Source: Strigamia acuminata
Lineage: Eukaryota
Reading direction: 5' to 3'
Assembly (NCBI GenBank): GCA_949358305.1
Contig: OX442314.1
Coordinates: 14,880,001-14,944,000 of the forward strand
DNA: 64,000 nucleotides
Position 1 is the stretch's first letter. Every line of letters begins with the position of its first letter. Below are positions 23,450 to 36,300 of this stretch, piece by piece. A model generated the notes under the pieces. That model saw only the letters and a program-made list of their open reading frames with translations, ran no database searches and was not told where the DNA came from. Made by a program: the position numbers and the translations under genes.

Positions 23450-26400
23450 TACAGTGGAATTATATTGCAATTTATTGCAATGTATTTGTGTCACGAGAAT
23501 GCATTTTGTAATACATTTTTGCATGCTATCTAATTGGTTTGCACATGATATTACATTTCGTAAAATTTCGATTCGTAAACGGCACAGAACATTAAAACAA
23601 AACCATGAGCTGCACTAGCTTGCCCAAGATATTTTTTAAACATTTCGACCAGGGATGGAAAGATATTATTTATGTACGGTACCTAATTCGTTGATAATTT
23701 CTGCAATTTTAGGAGGCTTGCTGAGAAAAATTTTCCGACCGGTTAAAACAAAAGTAATAAAAAATAAAAAATAAAAAATAGAAAAAACCACCACAAAGGC
23801 GATTTTCTCTTGGGCATTCTTGCATAAGGGAAAGGAAGTCACATGGGAGAAGGAATGTGGAGATGTTGGTTCACACGACAGACCTCAGCAGTAATTGTGC
23901 GGATGAGAGGCTTGGGCCAGGCTATTTTACTTCAATTAAACGCAGTCAGCGGAAGGCGACGACCAAAAGCCTCGCAACTAAAAGCCCACTATACTCTTGG
24001 CCTCTTGCAGAGGTAGAGAAATGTGTAAAATTCCCTCCCCCAACCCCACCCACTCCCTAAAAAAATTTATGTTAACACTGCACCAAATTGCATTTCCAAA
24101 TTCAGCGAATTTCATTTTTCATTTAAACATTTCTCTACAATTTAATATGATTAAATAAAAATAAGTGAAATTGATATAATCATTTCGTTTTAATCCCAAA
24201 CTTTTACATCCCAATTTGCACATGCACTTTGCAAATGACATCATGAAAAGCAAACAAACAGCTAGAGCTTCAACTGCCAATTTGTCTGCCTATCCCACGC
24301 TCATTAATTACCATAAACCTTCACAGGGCAACGCCTGTGATTGCCATTAGTGCAGCCAACACAAGATTCGAACGCGCTTCTAACGCAATAGCAACGCTGG
24401 ACACCGTGGGAGCCATTGAAAACGAGGGCCAGTACACGAAGAGCAAAACGAGACGAGCGTATTAAACCAAAGTAAAGTGTAATTAACTTGGTTTAACGAA
24501 CAAACACAATCCTTTAAATTGTAACATTGCAACAGGAAAACACACATTTCACATAAACAGCGTCGTAATTCAATTTACTTCCTTCTCTGACAACTGATAG
24601 CCGCTTGCACACATATATATAGGTGTGTCAACTTGTCCACCTCATATGAAATACCCAAGTGACTTGCTGGCGCCAGGCTAAGCCATGAGCCGACTTTGGT
24701 CATGTCCGCAAACCCCAAACTTAAGATTGCTTTATTTTCTACTTCATCAGTTCGCCAACAATTTTAATTATTAATTTTTTTTTTAAATCTATTTTTTTTA
24801 ACAACAACTTTTCATGTAATTTGATATTTATGTTGTATACACATACCTGATAAAGTGTATTCTCAAGAGTGCAATGTGGCATTCAATTAATTAACCTATG
24901 ACATGCACCTTAATGGCACACATAGGTGTGCACAACTGACTTCACACACAAATGGATTTGCCCCAAAACCCACGAGAAGCTGCAGAGTAAATAGCAAAAT
25001 TACTTTTCTTCTTCAGTGCCTTCTATTGATTTTCTATATCCAATTTCTACGGTATTTATACATGTTACCAACCATCCACAACACAAAAAATAATTTTTTT
25101 CGCCATAATTTCTCAATAATTCATTCGGTTCAAATTCGTGACAAACTGAGACTCAATTCTCTCATTGGCGCATAATCAAACAAATTCTAATTATTGATCG
25201 CGCATAGAAATTATCATCAATCTTCTCAACGTATATTGAAAAATCCATTTAAAAAAAAACTAAAACAAATGGTTCTACCTTACAGCAAACTTCACAATTC
25301 CCTTGCCAATTGTATCAAAGGCAAACTGCATAAAAAGCAACATTTGTTTACACAAATTTGCCTTTAAAATTTATTACCAACAATAGCCGACATCAAACTT
25401 GATTTATGCCTGTAGAATATTACACTAAATAAAATGTGGCTCAACATTAGGCAGCACATGTTTTCAACTTTAAACTTCTTTCCACATTTTTCTAGCAGAG
25501 TATAAAATATGTTAAACCTGTTGCATTTTTTTCCTCTTTCTAAATTCTTTCTATCTGTTATGGTTTAAAGTTGAAAGCCACAAAGCTGATCAACAGTTAA
25601 ATTGAAAATGCCTAATGGAACCGAAGCTATTCCTTGTACCTGAGTGAATTGGACACTACCTTGATCCTTATAAGAGGGCAAAGTGACCTACAAGAGAAGC
25701 CATTTGGGGCTTCTCTCAACTTACAAGAAGTTTGGAATGGCAGGCAGTAAAGCGAGTACTCAACGATCCTCACTCTGCTTCAAGTGCCTTAATGTAGTGC
25801 CCAAACATAGGGCTCATTTCTGTACACTGCACGAAGATAGATAACTTTCAGAATGGTAGGAGGTTTGGAAAAGCTGAAATAGAATTAAGCCCGTGCCGAA
25901 AACGAAATAGAAAATCCAAAAATACTAAAATTAATATCACTAAAAATACAAAAAAAAAAACTAATCGAACCCTTCGAGAAATAAATGCAAAGCACTAACA
26001 TGGAAAACGTTTCAAATTTCGTTTGATGATTAAGCAATGCTGCAGAGCACATCTCGGAAAAACCTCCAAACACATTTAAACCTAAATGCCATTTTCCCCA
26101 TCTCACCTTACCAAAATGCACAAATTTCCATCAACAAAAAAAAAAAAAATACGAACATAAATATACCGTAATAAGTATATCAGTCTCACTTTCATCAACA
26201 CCACAATTGGATGTGGTAAGAAAAAAAACGGCTTTTAAGAGTCAAATGAAGAAAAATGAACAGCTCCATAGATTATCCTCTTCTTTAGAGCAGACAAGAC
26301 GATTTATGAGCGCGCACCAAATCCCACGAGATATTGTGGCTACACGAGCTAATAACAAAACCTCAACGCGTTTTGTCACCAACAGAAAAAAAATTATATA

Positions 26401-27567
26401 TAATGCATTTAGATCTATATATAGATCTACGCTACACTACTGATTCAATAAGCTATTAACAAGCTCAAGTGATGACATAAACCAACTACTATTCACTGCA
26501 CGTGCTGCAAATGAGAATCTATGAACTGCACACGCAACAAATAATTCAACCCAAACATCCTCATACGTAAAGTGTGTAAACCCCGAGTCTTTAGCAAAGG
26601 ACACCATAATAAAAAGAAAAGGGACACTTCATTTCACTCTCTCACCCACTCAGTGGACGCCGAATTATAAGTGGGAGCAAAAAGAGTCGTAAAAACCTTC
26701 ATCTATTATTAATTCTCCTAACGTAAGGGCATCAAATTATTTCCTAAGTACACTTTTGGCCCTAATCCTAATCTATAAAGGGATATTTACTCGGCTGTTG
26801 AAGCTGCGTGTAATCCCATCATCGAGTCGACCTCAGCCTAATCCAATAATAAGCAAATTCTTCCTTTAACCTTTAAAATGCCCTATCGAATGTCGCTTAA
26901 CCCTTTTCTTTAGCTGGAGGTTGTAACGATGAGAAAAGGTGTCAGGAGTGCACGATGGTCTTGTGTTTTATGCGCTTGTAGCGTGGGAAATGATGCTGCT
27001 ATAAGAATTCGCTTATAACGGCTCTTGTACTATAACACGGTGAGCAAAGCAGAGCAGAACCCGACCCAATTGTTCCTGACGAGCTACTCGATGGACCATT
27101 AGCCTACAACTTCCTTTCCCCCGTGCCGTGCCTCCCTCCATCTCGCATGATGTCCGCTTCTTAAGGGACTCGTTTACTTGATAGAATCCGCTCTATCGAC
27201 GATGGCCAGATGAGGGTAAGCCAATACAGGCTCAGGCAAGGATGCTGAGGGTGGCCATTTTATGCCTGACCAACTTTCTACTATCACATATCGAACACGC
27301 CAATGTTCATCGAAGGATGCTTAAAAAGTACAAAAAAAAAGAGCAAAAAAAAAGATTTTTTTTCCATCAGGTTTATTTTTAAACGTATAAAAATTTAATT
27401 GAAATACTTTTATATAGTTTTAATTGGGGTTTGACCGATACTTAATTATCCTATATCAACCGACACCGATATTGTATTCCTAAATATGGGCCAATACCGA
27501 TACTTTGAAAAAACCTTTTTTTTTTAATAAAAAAAAGTGTAAACAGTTTATTTGCATTACACTACGA

Positions 27568-28001
27568 CAGTGTTGTATCTCGTTCACATAAATGTGAACG
27601 TGTTCACGTTCACGTTCGTCATCGTGTGACCACGTTCACATTTTCGTTCACTGAAATTTTTTTCAACGTGAACTTAGTTCAAGTTCACGAACTTGAACCA
27701 ATAGTTCACATTCACTTTTCAAATTTTTTTTTAAAAATTGACACGTTTTTTGTTCCATTTTGTGCGTTGCAGATGGAAAAAATGTCTTTTTTTTTTTAGA
27801 AAAGCAGTAGTTTTCACGCCTTTTTATGACGAAAGCGGCTGTTTTCGATTGAAAATGAACGTTTTGATGAAAAAAACCTCATCAAAACTTTTAAAATTCC
27901 AACGAAAAGTAACGTTTTTGCGATGTTCATGATTTTTCAATATTTTAAAAAGTGAATGCGTTTACGAACGTCGTTCGTGAATGAACTTCGATACAAAACT
28001 G
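27568..28001. mobile_element. hAT non-autonomous element, 434 bp
   Basis: 12-bp TIRs CAGTGTTGTATC / CAGTTTTGTATC; perfect 8-bp TSD CACTACGA (27560-27567, 28002-28009); many GTTCAC/GTGAAC subterminal motifs. Confidence 0.93.
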
Positions 28002-29631
28002 CACTACGAGTAATGTAGTACTCTTATACATGATAATTTAGCCACAAAAATGTGTGTATGATCCAGTCGGATCATCATTAAAACCAAAGAAAATGAACCC
28101 TTTATTCCTGGTTTAGCATATTAGACTTATACAGTCACAACAATAACAACAACACTCGTTAACACATTGCGTGAATAACCAAAAAAAAAGCCCGGCTTTT
28201 TAACCACAAAAATATTAATTTATTACGTATCGTGTTAATACCATAATCAATAATCAATTATTAATTATTTCAATATCAATCGCAATATTTTTCTATATAT
28301 TTCCGAAAACATAAAAATCTAAAAAGTATCCAGCATTTGAAACCGCATAAACCACGAAAACACTCCCACATGATATATAAAACAAGAGCATTCCATCTTA
28401 GCATTTTTATTCGAATCCTAAAACTCATATCTCACGTGTCGGACGGACACATTACCAGTATATAACACGGCTGAATAATGCCATCTCTATGGCGCCACGC
28501 ATGCACGACCCTAGCAAAACTAACGTGAGGCACTGCAATAAAACGAACGTAAAGCCAATGAATGTATTTTGCCTCAACAAAGTCGTCCTTGTTGCCCTTT
28601 CCTTTTATGACCAACACATTGGGCCAAGGAATTATCCTCGCTAAAATAACACATGAAACGCCTTTAATGTGCATCCACTAAATACAAAGTGAAAAGGACA
28701 CTTGTTATTCACACGGGATTTCGCCCACAATTGATTTCAACGCATCTCACCCTTTTTTCAACGAGCCCGCCACATTCCATTTACGAAATCTCGCACATTT
28801 ATCCCTAAATAGCCAAGACAAGAAGCCATCTTGTTTTATTTTCTGCGCTTCTTGGATTGAATCGAAAAGATGGTCTCCCCATTTATGGTCTATGTCTGTT
28901 GCATTATGGAAACATGCTCGATAAAAGGCCGGTAACATAAATTGCAATATTTCTATTTTTGCAATGTCGAATAAAACAAGAAAACCCCAAGTTGCGCATT
29001 TTTACCACACATCATTTAATCTCACGAGATTTATTTGCATGCAACAACAACAACAACTACTCCCATATTGCATTATTTACTACCGAAATAAAAACCTATC
29101 CGCAGAATTACTCCTGTTACACAATAATTTTCCCTGAATACCAATTATGTTTACATAAAACCGCTTTCTCAACCACAAAACCCCAACTTTAACCTCAAAA
29201 CCCATCAACAACCCTCTTCAAGCAGCCTTCGCTTCCCTCCCACATACCGTAGCGTAAAATTACCCGATCCTAAATATCTACAACTATTTTGTAATTTCCT
29301 TCTAACCGCACGCCCCTACCACACCCCTTCACTCACAACAATAAAAAGCAAGAAAAGTGGACGTTGCATGCTGATCAGTGATCAGAGGATCCTGCAAACA
29401 TGACTTCTCAGCGGACATGATGTGTTCAACGTGGGAAGGCAACCTGCTGTTCAGTTGGCGCCGATTAATTAGGCGCCCACCATGTTTGCACAAAAGATTA
29501 TTTGCTATCTCGTTTTTCCGCTCCATTTACGCTAAAGAGCACTACTTACCTCCAACACATCGGATGAGGCAAAGAATGAAAAAGGCTTAGCAAAGTTTCG
29601 TATAAATTGCAGCAATTTTTTTTTATATAAT

Positions 29632-29663
<32 letters not shown>

Positions 29664-32600
29664 AACTTATGTTAAAAATAAGTTAAAAGTTACCTTAGGA
29701 CAGTGGTGGAAAAATTCTAACCTCAACTCACGTACCCTCTGAATTAATCATTCGACCGATTTTATTTGCAAACAAATGGGCACGTGTGAAGTAGAGAAGA
29801 CAAAAAAAATTTTGTTCTTAAGTGCCTTCTGCAATTCAAAGACACATTTGCACCTGGATGCAATTTTAACAGTTTCGGTCTGCAGCAACTCGCGAGTGTA
29901 GAGCATTTGTCCTCTAAAACCATTTTGGTGAAGACCGTCTTTTGTCATGCATTCGCCCGCTCTCCATTTGCTCTTGTAGGTATGTAGCAAAATCCATCTT
30001 ACACACTTGCCCACAACCATTAAGGCTGGACAAGTTCTAAAAAAAAAGACCCTGTGTTAACCATGCTGCCATTGAAGTTGGCATCAACTAAATTACATTC
30101 TATTTTTCATAGCAATGAACCAATAACACGAGTCGATTCAGTAGTGAAATTCCAATGCTTTCTAATAAATATTGCATTCATGAATAATTTTTTATTAATT
30201 CACTTCTTAAGCGCTACTTCCGTCATTTTCATGCCCCATTATGCAAATTATGCACATTAAGTACATAACAAAAAAAATTATTACAATCTTGTTGAAATTG
30301 GCTCAAAAATATTTAAATTGTTGAATGCATTTTGTCCCATATGGTTCAAAAATACATTGGAATTATATCGCAACGTATTGCAAACCTGATCAACCGTTGC
30401 TAGGGAAACTATGGAAGCTGCATGATGCCTTAGCATCCTGCATCCGCATGATACCTTGTATATTGCTAACAATACAATGTAATTTCCTAATGTGCTCAAA
30501 CCTGGACAATTTCTTGTGGTGCAAATACACCACACTATACGTTTGCAAATGATAATACATTTTTCGATTGTATCATGAAATGCAATATTTAATGTACAAA
30601 TACGAGTAATATACTTCTGCAAAATACAATATATTTTGGAATTCATGTATTGTAAAAGCAATATATTGTAAAAGAAATTTTGAACCATGAGGGATACCGG
30701 TACTGTGCGAAAGACAACCAGCTTTTTATTTCCCCAATTGATTTCGCTCCATCTGATACAAGAAAGTCTTTTATCTTGAATAGACAACAACTCCCAATGC
30801 ATTTAACCTTTGCTATGACTATAAACAAATCGCGAAAGGCAAACGTTTGACAAGATTGGGTCTTTTATCCAGACACAGGCAATGCCTTGCTACTGTTTCG
30901 ACATGGTTAAAATGACATGTATTTACGGTGGTACATGCCATTGTTATTAAAACAAATTTTGCTAATTCGACATCAAAACTCGCAGGCAGTGGAACAAACT
31001 ACGGCGAATGCTTGCAAATTCTGCGTTCATATTAAAGTTGGATTGTCGTCAAAAGACGTTTTAATGCTAATCTTATATAGTGGTCTAGATAATCCAGTAA
31101 ACTAACTATTAAAGAGACATTTTAGCAGTTTGTGGAACTTAAAAATGAAAATTATTTTTAATATAAATAAATGTAATCAACATCAACATTTGCACATGCA
31201 ACTGGTCCATTCAAGACAAAGAGGAATGTTGCCTGGAATCTAAATTACTTTAATTCATTAAGGCAGAGATGAACGAGTATAAAGAGAAAAGATGTGAGCA
31301 AAGGACAAGAGTGGAATTTTGCTGCATCCATAAAGATGTTGATTCTAATAATGCATTCTCTCAACACTTTCATAAATTTCCCCACATAAATGACTATATT
31401 TTCCAATTTCCATCACATGCGACAAAAAATACAATCACATTTCCAAATTTATTATTTAAGCACACAACACAAACACAAATGTAAAAATCAATTTCAACTT
31501 TGAAATATAATTTCATTTAAACTTATTTTCGACAAATCAGAAAGAAAAAAAATGAGCAAACAGAATTGGACAGAAAATAACGAGCAATATTAATGCTAAT
31601 ATATTTCCCATATTGCAATTTCCAGCTCTGAACAGACCAAAAAAAAGACAAACGACTTGAACAAATTCCCTGAGAACTTGTGTATTCCCAAAGCTCGCCA
31701 CTTGCCAACTAAATGAACCGAACCAATACGAGAGATTGACTCGATCTCGACGACATTTCTCCATATTGTGACATTCATTCCATCATATCAAACAAGAGAA
31801 AAGAAGAAAAAACTATCTAATTTGCACTTTTACACACAAAGTCGACAGAAGTCTGTCTCAGGACCCTTTTCATTTGCATACAGAGTGCTTCCTGATTGTT
31901 TTGATTGCACCATTAGGAGTCCGCCCTGTGGGCATCCGAGCCAAATTTCACATTGCAAGATCTGACAACGTCCAAACTTGTGACGAAAAATACAATTACC
32001 GAATCACAATTTCAAATTTCCAATAAAAAAATTAATTTACATACATGCGGTCCCATTTCCATCGCTATTTCGAAAACAAATTAAATAAATTGCTAGAAAG
32101 AGTAAATAAAAAAAATCAAATAGGTCGATTTGTTGCCGGTTGGTGGCGCTTTAAAAAAGTTTTTTATTTTTTTTTTATTTTGCTCCATCGATATTTTTTA
32201 CGAGTTGCGTTGGGATCGTTGTCAAGTCAGGTGTCGTACAGGTCAGTCAAATGACCGCTGACATTAAAAAAAAGACCCCTCGCTGCTAGACCTTCATCTT
32301 GATTGAAGCAAGCAAGGAAAAGCGGGATCAGTTGATCGAAAAGAATTTAAAGTGATTGAACTCGCTCCATAATAAAATCAAAAGATTAAGAAATTGCCAA
32401 AACACACATCACACACAACTCACGAAGCCGGCAATTTTTTTGATTACTTTGGAGCAATGGAACCACTTCAGACAGGATGAAATGATATTTTTTTTTAAAA
32501 AAATAAGAAAAAAAAATATTTCTTTCAAAAAAAAAAAAAGAAAAGAAAATCTGATATAAAATATCCAGATGGATTTATCCTCTTTAAAGAATGTCAATCA

Positions 32601-33010
32601 ACTAAGTCTAAAAAAAATAATAAAAGCGTTTACAGCATCTAATCCTCCATTAAAAGCTAAATAACGTTTTAAATTCCTTCACCACTTAAAACTAACATAA
32701 AAAACATTTACGGGGAAATCGATAATAAACAACCTGAGTCTTTTTTCAATCAAGCCAAGCTTGCATAAAATAACTTTGCTCGTCTTCGCAAAATATTTAA
32801 AGTACACATAAAAATTAAAAGAAAATAAATCTTCAAAATGCATCAAAAACATTTTTTTTTTTTAAATTGGACAGTTAATTATGTTTAAAAATCTGTAATG
32901 TTCACGAAATTAGAACGAAGGACAATCACGTTGTTCTGCTTGAAACCCAAAACAAGAACTATTTTATTCTACACTTTTTTTAAGAGAAAATGACGTACAA
33001 GTGGATCAAG

Positions 33011-33326
33011 GGGTACGACATAGGTGAAGAACGTGTACGAGATTCCACAGATTCCAATCTCGAGAATCTCCGCAAATCTCGTTAGAACTCGCAAAATCTC
33101 ACGAGATCTCGCAAAATCTCACGAGATCTCGCAAAATATCAAGAGATCTCGCAAAATATCAAGAGATCTCGCAAAATATCAGGAGATCTCGCAAAATCTC
33201 AGGAGATCTCGCAAAATCTCAGGAGATCTCGTAAAATCTCGCAAGATTATAGCCAAATCCCACCAAATCCTCAGATTGCAGAAATTTTCTCGTGGAATCT
33301 TAGAGATTCTACCCTATGTCGTACCC
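33011..33326. mobile_element. MITE with 14-bp perfect TIRs and internal minisatellite (possibly PIF/Harbinger-like)
   Basis: GGGTACGACATAGG (33011-33024) / CCTATGTCGTACCC (33313-33326); inner inverted AGATTCCAC/GTGGAATCT. TSD unclear, so superfamily is tentative. Confidence 0.8.
33091..33240. repeat. 20-bp tandem repeat, 7.5 copies, GCAAAAT(C/A)TCA(C/A/G)GAGATCTC
   Basis: Read directly; each full unit ends in the palindrome GAGATCTC; 10-bp sub-period. Confidence 0.97.
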
Positions 33327-36300
33327 TCAGTTGGTACACAAATTGACGCCACATAATCACCAGATAAATAATATACAATTTTCAGTTTTAATTCACCGTA
33401 ATTCTAAAAATAGCGATGTCTTTAATTGCCCTTTACTTCGATTGCTTTAGCAAATAAAGCGCGTTGTTAGAAATATTTACGATCAGACATTAGCAATCAT
33501 CAAGCATTAAATTTACGAGTACCAACTTTGTATTGTGCATATTTTTCTTTCTCCACTTCAGAAAATCGATCCAATCTCTTGTACCTTACTGGTTCTGAAA
33601 CTAAGTGTTAATGAGTCTGCCAACACGATTCCCTAAGAGAGCAAACAACAACGGGGCGCCAAATTACCAATACATTGGTAGAGAATCAAAATGGGCAAAA
33701 CCACAAATACCCATCAAAAAACTCCCCAAAGATTTTATTACACTTTATACCAATAGAATCTCACTAGAGACCGCTCTCTCCATCTCTCTCTCTATATATA
33801 TATATATATTTCTTGTATCTACTTTTTTAAAAAAGAAAAAAAAAACTTTACTCTGTTTGCTTTTCATTCACTCTCCTTTTCTCCACCCTGTCTCAGTACA
33901 GGGGAAAAGGCAGTTCCCTTGCGAATGGGGAAAAAGCAATTGGGTTTACAGGAAGAAGTGGAAAGCAAGCGTGATCTCTGCGGACCCATCAGAGAGGCGG
34001 CAGTGGTCCTAACAGCTGAAATGTTGGCACGCTCCAAACTCCGTCTTCCCCAAATCAGCTGCTCAGAAATCAATACGAATTCACACTTTTTGGCCAAGCT
34101 TCATTGATTGCACTAGAATGTCTAGCCAAAAGGGTCACTTGTTTTCTTTTTATTTTATTTTCCACTCCCTAAATCAAACAATTTCCACATTCCACCTAAT
34201 TAAAAATTAAAAATTTAAATATGAAATTAGCCCATTATTAAATCGTGCGAATGAAAATCTTATTTAACTCGATTTTGTTTGTGATAATTCACCAAAGGGA
34301 AATTATCAGTCGCAACATCACAAGTGATTGGTAGAATGCCGATAAATTTGCATTAGCACTCACATTCTTGACAGAATAAATCCTTCGCGCCCAGGACGTA
34401 ACTACACGATTTTGAGACCCCGAAACCAAAATGGTAATAAGTCCCCGCAAAGAAAACAATTTATATAAATGTTCTTATGTGTGTTACCGCTCGCAATTCC
34501 CACTGGCGCATTCTCTGCATTGTTTTCAGATATCTTCCGGTCTCTATAAAGCACGTGGCAAAAAGTGAGTAACTAGTTATTATCAAATAATATTACAACG
34601 TAATTTTCATCCATTTTTCACCACTACTTCAAATTCAAATCATCTTACATTTTCAACGCCTGATAAAATCCGATAAAATCCGCTTATTTATACACTAAGC
34701 GCACATAAACCGACAGAAGCAGGGAAAAAAAGTAAGAAGAAAAAAAGCTCATTTTTAAAAAGTTAAAAACGGCCTACGAATTCACCATTTCCGCCTAATT
34801 TAGCAAAAGCAGACCCGTCTTAATATGATTTTGTCACCTAGAAAAAGCGAGAATGTGTAAGATGAAACAGAGATCCACCCAGTGCAACCCAAAGAGGTAT
34901 GTGCATACCAGGAGAACAGATTCGGCACTTTAAGAGACTTTATAGGCCTATTTTCTTCCCTCAACCGTCACACTTTCGGGTCAGATAAAATTACAGTCAA
35001 CATTTCACATCCTCCTACAGAAGCTTCAGCTTAACGCTTCTCCCGCTACGCTTTTCTTCAATATTAGTTCATCCTGCGACATCTTTTAGCGCATTAAATA
35101 CAAAGAAACTAAAATTGGATAAATATTTCACTCAAATTTAGTTTGAAAACTTCGTGTTTATCGTTCAGTTTCAATTTTTTTTTTCGATAGAATCTTTTAT
35201 TTTATTAGAAAGTAAAGTAAAAAGTATAAAACCGACCAAACTGTATTAAAAATTCAAGAAGAACAAAATGAAAAGAAAAACTAACAAAAGACTGAATTAA
35301 AAAAGGGATTTTTCACAAAAGCTAAGAAAATATTTTTTCATGAAAAGAAAAAAAATATGAAAGAAGAGAAGAGAAAGAAGACTCCTAAAACACTTAAGAC
35401 TTATTGAAAAAAAAAACCATTTTTTTTAAATAAAAAAAAAATTTTTTTTGAAAAAATAATGTATAAAAAAAAATAAGGATAAAAGAGAAATGACCTGTTA
35501 CAACACTGAAAATTGAATTGAACTGAAGAGAAGATTGTGAAGCGGCAAGAAATGAAAAACAAAATAAATAAAAAAAAAAAAAAAAAGTTCACTCAGCCCA
35601 ATTTATAACATTATCGCTTAATACCAAACCTTTAAAAACGAAATTTCAGATCCTAAAATCTCTCATCTTTCTTTACGAATCATGATTCATTTTAAATTTC
35701 ATTTTCTTTCTAAATTTAAGCTCCGCAAAAAAAAAATAGTAATTTATTTGCGCAAACGCAATAAAACCAGAATAATACCAAATTGATATTGAGTTATAAA
35801 AAAATCATCATCTTAAAAAAACATAAAAGTTAAGCCTTTTGATACAAAATGTCGACTTTAAATAATTTTTTTTTATTTCACAAAAAAAAAATGTACTGAA
35901 ATATTAATCAGCTTTTCTAATGCTTGGACCGACCAAATTTGCTCCTTCAATTAATTGAAGATAAAAAAAAAATTAATTAAAACATGGCGCAACTAATGCG
36001 CCAATATGAAAAGCACCTCTCGAAAAGGCTTCACGGCACAGCATTGAAACACTGCAGGCATATCCCACATCATTTTCGTCTTCAATCGGGCGATAAAAAG
36101 AGCAGCCAAGGAAAAGAAAAAGAAATAAAACAAACTTTTGACCAGTTCGTTCTCTCTCTAACTCACTTGGCAATGATCCCACCAACCCCTGAAAAAGAGG
36201 GAAGAGCCACACTTTTTTCCACGACTGGTGATGGGCAGTCAGAGAAATGGACAACGCAGATTGGCCATTAAATTCCACCCATAGCGACCTCAGGGCAGAC

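Noticed and set aside
26910..27320. Possible solo LTR starting TGTAACG after a short purine patch
   Set aside because: No defined CA end, TSD or second copy in the window.
27433..27503. CCGATAC-type repeated motif
   Set aside because: Looks like decayed subterminal repeats, but no boundaries can be defined.
30281..30802. 173-aa minus-strand ORF
   Set aside because: No recognisable domain, I/C/N-rich composition typical of AT-rich non-coding DNA, no good splice context.
33024..33356. 110-aa repetitive ORF or CRISPR-like array
   Set aside because: Translation of the 20-bp minisatellite; units are contiguous with no unique spacers, and the DNA is eukaryotic.
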